Shown: positions 35,872-46,004 of the stretch, in pieces
How positions within the stretch are numbered: the first letter of the stretch is position 1
Layout of the letters: each line of letters opens with the position of its first letter
DNA from: a virus
IMG/VR virus record: IMGVR_UViG_3300037316_000027
Location: 1 to 64,000 of that record
Direction: 5' to 3' (one strand)
DNA: 64,000 bases
Made by a program: the position numbers and the translations under genes
The notes under the pieces: generated by a model
Databases searched by the model: none
What the model was told of the DNA's origin: nothing
The model's input: the letters and a program-made list of their open reading frames with translations, nothing else

Positions 35872-38202
35872 TTACTTCATCCATGACGGGTTGTTGCCGG
35901 CGGCCGAGGCCTGTCGCGCAATCGCGAAGCTGGAGAGATCGTCAATCGTACTTTTCGGCCCGCGCAAACCATTGAACGATCGCCCGTCGATCGACAAGTT
36001 CAACGTACTCGTGGCCGGGACGCTACCGCTGCCCATGCGCACGGGCGACGGCACGAGGCCGCCGGACGCGAAGCCGGGCAGTTGCATGTTGTTCAAGGCA
36101 TGGAAGAGGCTAGCACCGTATGCTTGCACGGCCGCAGCCTTGACAACGAATTCCCCGCGCGAAAGCCGCGCCATGATGCTATCGCTTGTAGTCGTACCCG
36201 GGCCGTCAACTTGACCGCCGCCTGCCAGTGCCGTCGTGCCGCCGCTGAGATCGCCCGCAGTGCCGCCCTCTCCGGCGTTGCCGCCCCGCCCTACCGATGG
36301 GCCAGCGGGAGCCGCCGCACCGCCGTTGCCGCCAAGCCATTTAGGCAGCTTGCTGAGCCACCCCAGAAGCTCTTTAACTCGATCGGTGATGCCTTCGATG
36401 ATTTGACCGGCCGGGCTGGCCTTGAATTTCTCCCAGAGATCGACAACGTAGTTTTTGACTTTCGTCGTGATCTCACTGAGCCCGCCCATTGCCGTGATAA
36501 CCAAGACGATGGTAGCGGGGATAGCGACCCACACGCCCAAAAATAGCCCGACAATAACAGTCAGGGCGATCAAGAGCACTTGCATGCCTGTGCCGGGACC
36601 CAAGCTGAACGCCCGATCAATCGTGTTACCCAGTTGCTCGAAGAAGCCGACGACCAGTTTGACGCCGGTCCCGATCGCTTCAAGCCCGGTGACGAACGCA
36701 TGCAAAAGACCGCCGGTATTATCCAGAGACGATTGAAGGGTCTCGAAGAAAGAGACCAGAGCAGGGCTGGCCAGCGCCGCAAGATCACGCCGGGTCAGAT
36801 CGAGATCAATGTTGAGGTTCTCGAATGCTATCTTCAGATGCTCGGCAGCATCAGTCCCGGCTTTCTGGGTCGAGATATGCTTGCTCGCTGCCTCCGTCAG
36901 GTCCTTAAATTGGTCGCCCGTTCGCGACAAAGCCCGGGCCATCTCGGCCGCAGCCGCGCCGCCGGACTGAAAGCCACGGCTGATCAGCTCTTGAACAATC
37001 TCCAACCGCTGAGCTTCAGAGATCGTGTCCTTTGTCGAATTCTGGAAAACCTTCTGGAGTTCGGTGAAGGCTTGAATGCCCGTGGGTACTTTCACATTGT
37101 TGGCCGCCGCCGCCATAGCGATGACGCTCTTGGTGATGTTCCGCGTGGAAACTTCTCCAAGGTCGATCGACTTGGCTACATCAGCGTTCTTATCGATAAC
37201 GCCTTGCAAGGCAGTGGAGATTTTTGTGATGTCAGTGAGATCGCGCTGAGTGGCTTTCTCGCGCGCGCTATCCGCGCGATCGATAGCCTCATTAAGCGCA
37301 TTCTGGCGCTGAAGCCTCGCCGTCTCCATTTGAGCAATGTCCTTGGCCCGCGACAGTTCCGCATCGTCCGCCGCTTGCTTTTTCTGCGCTAGCTTGTCGG
37401 CCGCCTCAGCCTGATCCTTGATCCGCTTATTGATCGCATCAAGGTGCGCGGTCCGCGCGTTGTCCACCGCCTCCTGCGCTTGATTGAGCGCGAGAGACTG
37501 CTTCTCGGCGTCAGTGGGCGGGTTGCCTTGAACCGTATGGAGATGTTGCAGGGCCGCCTCAACGCTCGTAGCCGAACCGGCGACCGCTTCGTTATCATGT
37601 TGCATCAGGCTCGCCGCTTCGGCGGCAGCGAACTCAAGCGCTCGATAAGTCTCCCTTACGCGAAGGTTGGCGGCAGAGATTTTCTGAGCATCGCTCTCCG
37701 CGCCGAACGCAACAGCGTTCTGCGCCTCCTTGACGCGGATCGAGGCCGCAACGATTTGCTCCTGAGCCTCGCTCTGCTGTGTGGCGGCGGTGCGGATCGA
37801 GGCCGTGATCTGAGGCCACTCACGCGAGATCGTGATAGTAAGGCGCTGAGCGAAACGTTCGAAGTTACTGGCACTGATGCCGGCCGAAGCGAAGGCCGCT
37901 TCGATGCCAACGAGTTCTGCGGTGGTCGATCCAAAGGCTTCAGCCAAGAATGCGGTCTTCTGTGTCGCGTCGTCCGAAGCTTCGACGAAAGCGATCATAG
38001 CTCCGGTCACGGCAGCGATAGATGTTACGATAGCACTGGCGACGATGCCGATGCTCTCCATGCCGCTGGCACCGCTCTTCGAAGCCTCTTCCAGTTGCTT
38101 GAAGGCTTCCGCCCCGGTGCGACCGATCTCATTGAGCGCGGAGAGCATCTCTCCGTCGCCCTGAAGCAAAACTTTTTGGACTACGTCCTCAAGACCAGCC
38201 AT
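35872..38202 (-). CDS. tape measure protein
   Basis: 776 aa, Ala-rich helical, TM segment, C-terminal AGGG.V.GPGTTTSDSI.ARLS.GEFVV. Confidence 0.9.
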   Translation of the reverse strand: MAGLEDVVQKVLLQGDGEMLSALNEIGRTGAEAFKQLEEASKSGASGMESIGIVASAIVTSIAAVTGAMIAFVEASDDATQKTAFLAEAFGSTTAELVGIEAAFASAGISASNFERFAQRLTITISREWPQITASIRTAATQQSEAQEQIVAASIRVKEAQNAVAFGAESDAQKISAANLRVRETYRALEFAAAEAASLMQHDNEAVAGSATSVEAALQHLHTVQGNPPTDAEKQSLALNQAQEAVDNARTAHLDAINKRIKDQAEAADKLAQKKQAADDAELSRAKDIAQMETARLQRQNALNEAIDRADSAREKATQRDLTDITKISTALQGVIDKNADVAKSIDLGEVSTRNITKSVIAMAAAANNVKVPTGIQAFTELQKVFQNSTKDTISEAQRLEIVQELISRGFQSGGAAAAEMARALSRTGDQFKDLTEAASKHISTQKAGTDAAEHLKIAFENLNIDLDLTRRDLAALASPALVSFFETLQSSLDNTGGLLHAFVTGLEAIGTGVKLVVGFFEQLGNTIDRAFSLGPGTGMQVLLIALTVIVGLFLGVWVAIPATIVLVITAMGGLSEITTKVKNYVVDLWEKFKASPAGQIIEGITDRVKELLGWLSKLPKWLGGNGGAAAPAGPSVGRGGNAGEGGTAGDLSGGTTALAGGGQVDGPGTTTSDSIMARLSRGEFVVKAAAVQAYGASLFHALNNMQLPGFASGGLVPSPVRMGSGSVPATSTLNLSIDGRSFNGLRGPKSTIDDLSSFAIARQASAAGNNPSWMK

Positions 38203-38726
38203 TAGCTCGCCGCCTTAAACGCTGTGTCAAAGATGTCACGGAAGTTCGCCATGACGTTCAATTGGATTTCTCCAAGGTGGAATTTCTTGGGCACGTTCAC
38301 ACTGGCGATGCCGAAGTATTTGGGGGACTTGTCTCGGACCGAGAAGAGCAGCGGCGGGCCGCCCGCTTTGCGATTGACTGAGAACAGCGTGTCACCGTAG
38401 TTGCTGGCTCGAATTCCTTCGGCATCAGTGCCACTGATCGGAAGCCACAAGAGCGGGTTGCCGACGATGGTGCCGCCGCTCTCGAAGAGCGATGCGCCGG
38501 GCATATCGAGCGTCGTGGTGATGGTCTTGTCTTCGACCGTCACTTCCAGTCCCTCGGAACTGAATTGGCCTGCGCTCTCGATATCCGCCGCGCTCTGTTC
38601 CTTGATCATGCTGGCCGCCATATTCAGGGCGGTCGCGAATGCAGTCTCAAAGCGCTCTCCAAGCCCGGCCCAATTCTGCGCGAACTTGTCAGGAGCTACC
38701 GCGTCCGTGGTGATGCTAAACGTCAT
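38202..38726 (-). CDS. tail completion / neck-type protein
   Basis: FESGGTI.G.PLLWLP motif; ATGA-coupled to the chaperone read-through frame. Confidence 0.55.
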   Translation of the reverse strand: MTFSITTDAVAPDKFAQNWAGLGERFETAFATALNMAASMIKEQSAADIESAGQFSSEGLEVTVEDKTITTTLDMPGASLFESGGTIVGNPLLWLPISGTDAEGIRASNYGDTLFSVNRKAGGPPLLFSVRDKSPKYFGIASVNVPKKFHLGEIQLNVMANFRDIFDTAFKAAS

Positions 38727-39013
38727 CCGCCTTCCTTTTCCCATTCTTCAAGTTGCCGCTTCACCGCCTTCTCATCCCCGCTCTGAGCGAGTAGCAGGAG
38801 CGAGAGGGTGACGTAGTTCTCGCGATGCAGACGCTTGGTCGCGAGAAACATGAAGGCCGACATCTGTCGGGGAGTGTAATCCCAGACTACGCTTGGGGAG
38901 TGTCCGGCAGCGATGAGGGCTTCGATGCTGGCGGCGATGTCATAGCCGTCACCTTTGAAGAGAGGGCGGAGTTGGCTGCGTCTGCCAGAGCCATGATCCG
39001 CTCCGCGAAAGGG
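38723..39013 (-). CDS. tail assembly chaperone GT extension (-1 frame)
   Basis: Open -1 frame from heptamer CCCTTTC (39013-39007) encoding EALIAAGH..VWDYTPRQ; stop at 38723. Confidence 0.75.
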   Translation of the reverse strand, partial: PFRGADHGSGRRSQLRPLFKGDGYDIAASIEALIAAGHSPSVVWDYTPRQMSAFMFLATKRLHRENYVTLSLLLLAQSGDEKAVKRQLEEWEKEGG

Positions 39014-39366
39014 GCGAAGCCTTTTGTGAAGGTCAACCTCCCGACTGCTTCGAGAATATCGAACTGAATTTCGATCGGCAGCTCCGAGGCCGATTGCTCC
39101 GCGCTCTCGTCGCCGAGATCGCCCGTGGCTGCCGCGATGATCGCCGCGACGGCGTCGGGGGCAGCCGCGAGGAAGGTGCCCAAATTAAAAGTGGTCCCGC
39201 TTGTCATTCCACTGATATTGGGGAAACGGCGGAAGATTTCGAGGCCGGTCTTGGCTGAGATGCCGGAGACGCGGAGGAAGCTTTCACCGATCGGCACGTC
39301 TTCGTACATCGGTGCAAGATCGGTCAGATTGAGACCCGGCTTCTTGCCGGCCTTTTTCGAAGTCAT
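38887..39366 (-). CDS. tail assembly chaperone G
   Basis: Between tail tube and tape measure; carries the slippery site. Confidence 0.8.
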   Translation of the reverse strand: MTSKKAGKKPGLNLTDLAPMYEDVPIGESFLRVSGISAKTGLEIFRRFPNISGMTSGTTFNLGTFLAAAPDAVAAIIAAATGDLGDESAEQSASELPIEIQFDILEAVGRLTFTKGFAPFAERIMALADAANSALSSKVTAMTSPPASKPSSLPDTPQA

Positions 39367-39690
39367 AGGATATTCCTTATCAAGAGGGGGACATTCGATA
39401 GGGTAGAAGTTATCGGGGGCCGACGAAGAGAGCGAACATCAGAATGATCTCTACGATCACAACGACGGCGATCAGGGCATTGCCGGTGCGTCCATGATCG
39501 ACGAATTTTATCGGACGCTGGATCATGGGGCGCGACGCTGGAGCTGCTTATCCGTAGCCCGGCCTAGTAAAATGATGACGACGAAGCCTGTAGCGAGGCC
39601 CATCGCCCAACCCGGACCGACGAACGACATCGCGGCCGTAGTCAGGGCCGCATAGCCGGTCCAAAAGTCGGGGATGTTCCGATCGGGCAT

Positions 39691-40065
39691 TTAGGCGTGC
39701 CGGTGCGTGTGCTGGTGCCGGGGATGATCGGCGGGACCGGTTTGGACGCCGTGTTTGGCGTGGCGCGTCGCGCCGGCCGAGACCGGGGCATCTTCCTGTT
39801 CGTGGATCGCGGCAATCGGCTCTTCACTGATAGCCGCCGCATCGGGGGCGTCGGCGGTCGGGGTTTCAGCGGTCGAGGCTGTTTCAGCGGCCGTTGAAAG
39901 GGCCGGGTCCGCTACAATGGGGTCCTGCGGGGCAGCGGAGGGGTCTGGAGCGGCTGCCGGGTCGGCCGCGACTTCGGCGGCAATTTCCGGGGCGGGCGCA
40001 TCCTGAGCGACTACAGCGGGGTCAGCGGGCTGTTCGGCGAGGGTATTGTCAACTTGATCTGTCAT
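39691..40065 (-). CDS. acidic Ala/Pro-rich disordered protein with His-rich tail
   Basis: GGAG SD; low-complexity sequence. Confidence 0.55.
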   Translation of the reverse strand: MTDQVDNTLAEQPADPAVVAQDAPAPEIAAEVAADPAAAPDPSAAPQDPIVADPALSTAAETASTAETPTADAPDAAAISEEPIAAIHEQEDAPVSAGATRHAKHGVQTGPADHPRHQHTHRHA

Positions 40066-40162
40066 GGGGGATACTCCGTGAGTGAAAATGGACACTTTGG
40101 GGGTGTTTCTGCATACGAGACTTCAGCCCGGTACTGGGCGGGAGCTGGGCAGGGACAGCCTG

Positions 40163-40194
40163 TGGCCTGATTTACTGAGCAGTAAATCAGGCCA
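40163..40194. terminator. perfect 14-15 bp inverted repeat after the tail tube gene
   Basis: TGGCCTGATTTACT-GAGC-AGTAAATCAGGCCA. Confidence 0.6.
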
Positions 40195-40199
40195 TGGCC

Positions 40200-40769
40200 T
40201 TACAGAACGTTGGTCGGGCTATTGGGCAGCGAGACGGTCGCGGTGCCAAAGCCACCGGAAAGCTGATCGTACAGCACGTCACCTTCGAGATCGACCGTGC
40301 CCCACGTGTTGGCAATCAGCGAGATCGCCTTGTTGGGGCTCAGCTTCACGAGCGGGAAATTCACGGTCCAGATCGGGCCGATGTCGTTGGTGCCGACGAA
40401 TTTCACGGACCCGTAGATCACAGGCGTTCCGAGAATGTCGATAGTGTCCGGGGTCGGCGACGGGCCGCCGGTTGGAAGACCGAGCAGGGCGAAGCCCATG
40501 TTGCGCGCGGTCAACTCTTCGAGCTGCATCGTGAGCGAGCCGGAAATTTCGATGACGGCCGTGAAGTCCTTCACGCGCACGCCGGTCCGCGAGCTGTAGT
40601 GGTCAAGGTTCGTCACCTTGGCCATGAACTCGAACACGGGGGCGTTGCCGCAATCGACGAAGGCGCTCTCGCCGAGCAGCTTGATCGAGAGGATGCCCTT
40701 ACCGACGTAATAGTTGCCGATGTTGGGGGAGAGCAGCGAGCCCTCGATGAATTCGTTTCCAAGAGGCAT
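40200..40769 (-). CDS. major tail (tube) protein
   Basis: NYYVGKG, GNAP.FEF, LDHYSSR.G.R.KD, L.E....N; standard position. Confidence 0.85.
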   Translation of the reverse strand: MPLGNEFIEGSLLSPNIGNYYVGKGILSIKLLGESAFVDCGNAPVFEFMAKVTNLDHYSSRTGVRVKDFTAVIEISGSLTMQLEELTARNMGFALLGLPTGGPSPTPDTIDILGTPVIYGSVKFVGTNDIGPIWTVNFPLVKLSPNKAISLIANTWGTVDLEGDVLYDQLSGGFGTATVSLPNSPTNVL

Positions 40770-40880
40770 GGTTTCTCTCCGCTAGAAAGGGGTTTTGATC
40801 TTACGGACGGCCCATGCCGGTGCAGGCGGCTGCCACGCTGCCCCACGGGCAGATCGTCACACGCCTCGAAAATCGTTCGT

Positions 40881-40919
40881 ATAATAGGCGGGAGGGATGA
40901 CAAGAACAACTAGGAATTA
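40881..40919 (-). promoter_or_regulatory. late promoter of the tail tube gene
   Basis: TAATTCCTAG-TTGTTC-17-TATTAT. Confidence 0.75.
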
Positions 40920-40936
40920 CGAGAGCCCAAGCGGGC

Positions 40937-41452
40937 TCAGGACGCTGCGATTTCATCCGGGATGAAGGGGTAGACGAACGTCAACATCAGGCCCATCTGG
41001 CCTTTCATAACCCGGTTGCGCGCGAGGTCCGTAACGCATCCATTATACGTGATCGATCCATTGCTGCCCGTAATCTGAAGCAACGTCGGATCATGCAACA
41101 CAAGGTCCAAAATCGCGGCCCGCGCCGTATTCAGGTCCTCACTTACGTTTTCGTTCTTAGGCTGTCGCAAATCAAGAACGATATAAATCTCCGGCGACAG
41201 CTTCATCAGCGACGGGCCGGTCCGCGTCATCCGTCCCGGAGCCATGGGCAGCGGGAGGGCCAGTTCGTCGGCGTCCAGCATGATCATGCCGGGGACCAGC
41301 TCTTTCGGCAACTGATCGCGCTCCTTCACGATGTTGCCGGGTACGATCGTGACCACCCCGTTGGGGCCGCCCAGAAGCGGAATACTCAGTCCCGACAAAA
41401 TGTCGTAGAGCTGCGTGAGGATCATCTGTCGTCGATCAACTTGAGCTGTCAT
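40937..41452 (-). CDS. tail terminator protein
   Basis: Size and position; R..IL..L, F.Y.F C-terminus. Confidence 0.65.
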   Translation of the reverse strand: MTAQVDRRQMILTQLYDILSGLSIPLLGGPNGVVTIVPGNIVKERDQLPKELVPGMIMLDADELALPLPMAPGRMTRTGPSLMKLSPEIYIVLDLRQPKNENVSEDLNTARAAILDLVLHDPTLLQITGSNGSITYNGCVTDLARNRVMKGQMGLMLTFVYPFIPDEIAAS

Positions 41453-41504
41453 TTTGTCTTGACCTATATCCTTGGACTGGAGATCACCTATCTAGCTTCG
41501 TCAC

Positions 41505-41891
41505 TTACCCTCTAACTGTGAACTCCCAGAGTACGGTAATGCCGGCGGGCGCTGTCGGCTTGGGCTTGCACGTCAGCGGTAGAATTTCGTTGATCACTGG
41601 CGGGTTCGCAAGGGGCTGTACGAACGTCACCAATTGATCAAGTTCATTATCTGGCGCAATCGCCAAAGACAGGTTAGTCGAAGGATCGAGCGGCGACAGG
41701 ACGACCTTGCGATCAGTGGGGTTAGCCAAGTCCGCCGGTTTCTCACGCGGGTTGTACTCAATAATGCAGACCGTACATGGGCGATCAGTTGGGCTACTAC
41801 TCACTCGGCGTAGGACGGCTCCCATCCCAAAATACTTGATCAGGTTGTCAGCATCCTCTTGCGTCTGAATGTAGTCAAATCCTTGGATCAT
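41505..41891 (-). CDS. head closure (stopper) protein
   Basis: A..LI..FG...LRR, D.KV, PAG..VLW...VR pattern. Confidence 0.7.
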   Translation of the reverse strand: MIQGFDYIQTQEDADNLIKYFGMGAVLRRVSSSPTDRPCTVCIIEYNPREKPADLANPTDRKVVLSPLDPSTNLSLAIAPDNELDQLVTFVQPLANPPVINEILPLTCKPKPTAPAGITVLWEFTVRG

Positions 41892-42799
41892 CGCATCACT
41901 GTCCGGTTGCCGCTCGCCATGAGTAGTCCAGCACTCCGAAGCATCCGGTCTACGATGGGGAACGAGGCGAAGAACCCGAGCCCAAATTTTGTGTCAAAAG
42001 CCGTGACAGTCTCCAGCGGGCCGACCTTTTTGGTAACCGACGAAACAACACTGCCGGCACCGCCAACAGACGTATCGTAGTCAGGCTGGAGGTTCGTGCC
42101 GTTCAATGCCCGGATAGCCAGCTCCGCGCACGCGCGCTTGACCGCCTCGGGAATGCCGTTGATCGTATCGCCGCTCAGGTCGATGGCACCCTGCCGAGGC
42201 CATTGCGTCGCCTGCGAGGACGTGCTGGGAGTGAGATATGAAACGCCGTTGAGGGCGTAGGGCGTCAGCCATGCTTCGAGGAAGGTCGCGTTCGCGTCGA
42301 TCAGCGCATTGCCGACCGTCTGCAAAAGCTTGATGCCGACGAAGCGGTACTTCGCGTCGATATAGTCGGTCGCCTGCACGATGGCGCTCTGGATCATCGG
42401 AGTGGTCGCGCCGACCGGGAGCGCGTTGCCGCGCGAGTTGTGGTACTTCGTGAAGTAGGCAACCTCGATGTAAGCATTCGCGCCATCGATCTCGAACACG
42501 GTCGAAGTCTCGGTCGCATTCGCGCCCGTCTCCCACGTGATCTGACCGTTCGCAGGCCAATCGGCCATGGTCGCATTGGTCGTCGAAACTGAGAAGTGCT
42601 CATTGTCGAGAACTTGGACCACTGTGAAAGGGAGAGAATTGAAAGCGGGCGCATTCGTAAGATCGGTGCCGTCATCCGGGAAACCAGCATAGATACCCGT
42701 GTCGCCTACAGAAATGATCTGCGACGGCGACGGCGAGGACATCAACGTCACTTGCGTAACAGTGCCCGTCTCGTTTTGAACTGAGAAGACTGTGGTCAT
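41888..42799 (-). CDS. head-tail adaptor (DnaT-like domain) with an N-terminal extension
   Basis: GANAYI......YH..RG, AIVQATDYID, Q...WPR, IP..VK.A.AELA, KVGPLE. Confidence 0.8.
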   Translation of the reverse strand: MTTVFSVQNETGTVTQVTLMSSPSPSQIISVGDTGIYAGFPDDGTDLTNAPAFNSLPFTVVQVLDNEHFSVSTTNATMADWPANGQITWETGANATETSTVFEIDGANAYIEVAYFTKYHNSRGNALPVGATTPMIQSAIVQATDYIDAKYRFVGIKLLQTVGNALIDANATFLEAWLTPYALNGVSYLTPSTSSQATQWPRQGAIDLSGDTINGIPEAVKRACAELAIRALNGTNLQPDYDTSVGGAGSVVSSVTKKVGPLETVTAFDTKFGLGFFASFPIVDRMLRSAGLLMASGNRTVMR

Positions 42800-43530
42800 T
42801 ATGGCCCCCACGCGCTAAAGGTGGCAGGGATTGTCCCGACGAAATCCGAGGCCCCGGTGTTGATCGTGTAGACACCGCCAGAAGTATTTGTGACGACCCC
42901 GATTTGATAGCTGGTTTCAACCGCCAGCGCGAACGGACCCTGTCGCGTACCGCCAGACGTGATATTCTGGAACCAGACTTCATGGTTGTCCACATCGACG
43001 CTGACGCCTATCACATCGCCCGTAGTTGGAGATCGCACTCCGCCATTGGCGTTGCCCAGATGACCACCGCTACCGTACACGTCGCCTGAATTCAGGTACT
43101 CGGTCGCCCCATGCGCACCGAGGCCGGAGCCCTGATTGGCGTAAGTCGCGGTGGCGTCCAAAATCGTGATGCCGGTGTTGCCCGCGCTAGCTTGGTTATC
43201 CGTCAGCGTGATCTCGGCGTAGAACTTGCCGGTGGTCTTGGCCGTAGTCGTACGAACGCCGTCCTGCGTAGTAGTGGCCGAATGCGTGAAAATAAGATCG
43301 GGCGCGTCCAACGTGCCGTTGACGATCGTCACCGGGTCCCACGTAGAAGGCGAGAACTGACGAGCGGTGCCGATCGCCGCGAATATGTCGGCGGCTTCGG
43401 TGGACGCCCAGCCAAGGCTCTCGCCGAGTGAAGACGCGATCCGAATGAGCCGCTGCCGCTTGCGCGCATAATACATCGCCGCCTGCAAAGCAGGCGACGA
43501 TTTGAATTTTGGAAATAGGGGTTTCGACAT
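42799..43530 (-). CDS. SPRY/ConA-like domain virion protein
   Basis: VRTT..KTTGKFYAE, GDVIGV.VD.D, IPA.FSAW. Confidence 0.7.
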   Translation of the reverse strand: MSKPLFPKFKSSPALQAAMYYARKRQRLIRIASSLGESLGWASTEAADIFAAIGTARQFSPSTWDPVTIVNGTLDAPDLIFTHSATTTQDGVRTTTAKTTGKFYAEITLTDNQASAGNTGITILDATATYANQGSGLGAHGATEYLNSGDVYGSGGHLGNANGGVRSPTTGDVIGVSVDVDNHEVWFQNITSGGTRQGPFALAVETSYQIGVVTNTSGGVYTINTGASDFVGTIPATFSAWGP

Positions 43531-43557
43531 TACGGGTCGCCTTTATGAGCGACCGCC

Positions 43558-44169
43558 TTAAGCCGCCACTGACGCGCCGCTGCGCCGGGGAAGAGCAGCG
43601 GTCTTGGCCGCATCATCAGCCGTCCGGCCGGGGATGGGGCGCTTACGCCCCGTCAACGCAGCCTGAAGCGGGGAAATCTCCGCCTCTTTTGCCGCCGCAA
43701 GAGACGCGAGATGGGCCTTGATGTTGGCGGCGGGCGTGATCGGCGGAAACTGCCGCTGATGATCGGTGTGCGCCCGGCCGAGACGTTTCTGGCACGCAAC
43801 CACTTCCGCAGTTGCGTCCGCCGCGTGTTGGGTCGCTTCGAGAAGCGCTTGCTCGGCATCTCGAATGCGCCGAGTGAGAATGGTCCGCATCTGGTCGTCC
43901 GTTAGACGGACATCGCCGGTCAAAACATCCGGCAGCGCGGCAGCGGGTTCGGCGGCGGCCGGCTCGTTGTAGGTCTTCTTCACTTCGTCGGGGGAGACGC
44001 GCGCGAACCCGGGATACGCATCGTTGATCTGGGCTCGGCTGATCGAAGTATCGTTGAGCGCCTTCTGGATCACACTGAGAGACGGCGAACCATCTTCGGT
44101 CCAGTTCGTGTCATCGGCGAGATCGAGAGTGGCGAGAAATTCCTTGATGGCTGCTTTGGGGGTCGTCAT
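43558..44169 (-). CDS. hypothetical head-associated protein
   Basis: LD..DD.NWT.DG.P....SRAQI..A.PGF.R motif; directly downstream of the capsid gene block. Confidence 0.65.
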   Translation of the reverse strand: MTTPKAAIKEFLATLDLADDTNWTEDGSPSLSVIQKALNDTSISRAQINDAYPGFARVSPDEVKKTYNEPAAAEPAAALPDVLTGDVRLTDDQMRTILTRRIRDAEQALLEATQHAADATAEVVACQKRLGRAHTDHQRQFPPITPAANIKAHLASLAAAKEAEISPLQAALTGRKRPIPGRTADDAAKTAALPRRSGASVAA

Positions 44170-44320
44170 TGTATACCTCTGGGGCTCGGGGGTGGTGACC
44201 CGGTCCCGCATGGGAGCCGGGGAAGTCAGCCGGAGGGCAGGTACGAGCCCTGCCTCTCCGGCGATCTGCCAACTACGGACCGAAAGTGTCCCCCTCTTAA
44301 TCCGCCGTCAGCAAACCAAT

Positions 44321-44572
44321 TTACGGAAGCTGACTGATGTTCGTTGCGGCCTTGACGCGATCCGCGCCATACTTCTCAAGCCTCGCTTCGATGATGGCGG
44401 ACGTGCTCGAAAGTCGGGTCGCTTCCATTGCGAGGAAGGCGAGCGCCTGTTGCGAATGCCGATCGCGCGCGGGGTGCCGCTGATGCTTGTTGTATTCTCG
44501 CGGAGTAGCGCCGCCCTGTCCACTCTTGACGGTGGCCGGGTTGAGATCACTACCTTGAAAAGGCTGGGCCAT
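44321..44572 (-). CDS. small basic protein
   Basis: AAGGA SD; follows the capsid terminator. Confidence 0.55.
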   Translation of the reverse strand: MAQPFQGSDLNPATVKSGQGGATPREYNKHQRHPARDRHSQQALAFLAMEATRLSSTSAIIEARLEKYGADRVKAATNISQLP

Positions 44573-44595
44573 GAGATGTTTCCTTCTTTGAAAGA

Positions 44596-44630
44596 AAAAC
44601 AGCCCGCCCGGTTTAGTGGGCGGGCTGTTT
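44596..44630 (-). terminator. intrinsic terminator after the capsid gene
   Basis: AACAGCCCGCCC/GGGCGGGCTGTT stem, followed by TTTCTTT on the - strand. Confidence 0.85.
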
Positions 44631-44676
44631 ATCCAGTGCGGCTTGTTAAAGGCCGGAATTCTTAAACCGAAGAGCC

Positions 44677-45783
44677 TTAGCTCTCGCGGGTGATCAGACG
44701 AGCCAGCTTGATCTGCTTGCGCTCGGGGAACACGCGGACCCACGAACCGTGGTAGGCGAGGTTGTTCGCCGTCGCCGCGTTGGTCGGGCCACCCTCGAAG
44801 GACGGGCTGCCGACGTAGGCATGGCCGACCGGATGGATGCACCATTCGACGCGGTTGTAGAGGATGTCCGACCCGGCACCGTTGCCGCGATCGGGGAAGC
44901 GGAAGACTTCGGTCGGGACGATGGGCGAGCCCACGCCGAGACGGAAGGAGGCAGGGCCAACCAGCCACGTATGGTAGATGCCGGAGGCGGTCTGTGCGCC
45001 GTTGCTGGCATCGCCGGCCGGGTTGGGCATCCCGTCGTCCACGATCACTCGGCGACCAAGGAAGACCGGAATGTTGGTCTTGCCTTCGCTGTCGGGGACG
45101 AAGTCGATCAGGTTGTTCTTCTGAGCGGTCGAGTACACGATCGAGTGCATGAACACTGCGGTCACATCCTCGGAGGCGTCGCCGAGCAGAGTGGCGGTGT
45201 TGATGAACTCGGGAGCCGAGAAGTTGGTGGTGCCCGCCAAGAACACGCCGCTGTTGTAGCCGGAGATGTCATGGGTCAGGTCGTTCTGGGAGCCGTAGGC
45301 GGCATTGATGCCGACCGAGCCGGACCGGCCCAAGGTGGGATCGGCCAGTGCGTTGTTGGCGAAGATGCCGTTGGCAACGGCGACGAACGCGCGCTGCAAC
45401 CGGCGGACCCAGTAGTCGGAAACACGCGATGCGATCGACTGCATCGGGTCCGCGCCGGCCAGAGCCGTCGCCAGACGCATCGTGCTCCAGCTTGAGTTAC
45501 GCGACAGGCGCACCGCGACTTCGGCGCTGGTCTGGGTGATGTTCGGGGTCGAAGTGGTGTTCGGGTCGTCCGAGGAAACGTTCTCCGCCGGATCGCCGAT
45601 GTCCTGCCAAGACGGCACGGTGAAGGTAAGACCGCCACCGGCAAGCAGGTTGTCGAGGAAGTCATCACGGGCGGCAACACCGCTCTGGATGATCGCGGTC
45701 TTCTCCATCGTGAGCTGCTGGGTGTAGGGAGTGAAGACGGCGGGGACGATAACGTCCGCGATTTGGGTGGACACGTTGACCAT
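44677..45783 (-). CDS. major capsid protein
   Basis: TQIADVIVPAVFTPY, GG....P.W.D, G.DPM..IA.RV..YW, MHS.VY, GRRVIVDDGMP, HP.G. The protein reads on the reverse complement (CAT at 45781-45783); the track's + label is wrong. Confidence 0.92.
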   Translation of the reverse strand: MVNVSTQIADVIVPAVFTPYTQQLTMEKTAIIQSGVAARDDFLDNLLAGGGLTFTVPSWQDIGDPAENVSSDDPNTTSTPNITQTSAEVAVRLSRNSSWSTMRLATALAGADPMQSIASRVSDYWVRRLQRAFVAVANGIFANNALADPTLGRSGSVGINAAYGSQNDLTHDISGYNSGVFLAGTTNFSAPEFINTATLLGDASEDVTAVFMHSIVYSTAQKNNLIDFVPDSEGKTNIPVFLGRRVIVDDGMPNPAGDASNGAQTASGIYHTWLVGPASFRLGVGSPIVPTEVFRFPDRGNGAGSDILYNRVEWCIHPVGHAYVGSPSFEGGPTNAATANNLAYHGSWVRVFPERKQIKLARLITRES

Positions 45784-45923
45784 GATACTCTCCGCTAGGT
45801 GCGCGTTGGGGTGAAGGCGTTTCCGCATCTCTCCCCATGGAGAGTTTTGGTAAAACTTGCGCAGTGGAATTTCGCGACATCTCGACCATGCGAGGAAACG
45901 AAGTCACTGCAAATCGTGACGGG

Positions 45924-45962
45924 AGAATATCCGCTCATGTACTAGAAAACAACTGGGAATTA
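45924..45962 (-). promoter_or_regulatory. late promoter of the capsid gene
   Basis: TAATTCCCAG-TTGTTT-17-TATTCT. Confidence 0.75.
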
Positions 45963-46004
45963 TCGCCAACCGTTTTTGCTGAATTTAGAGCGTAAATCGG
46001 CTCG

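Noticed and set aside
44677-45828. ORF track lists the capsid ORF on the + strand
   Set aside because: The listed protein is encoded by the reverse complement (CAT at 45781-45783, stop TTA at 44677). It is a - strand gene like its neighbours.
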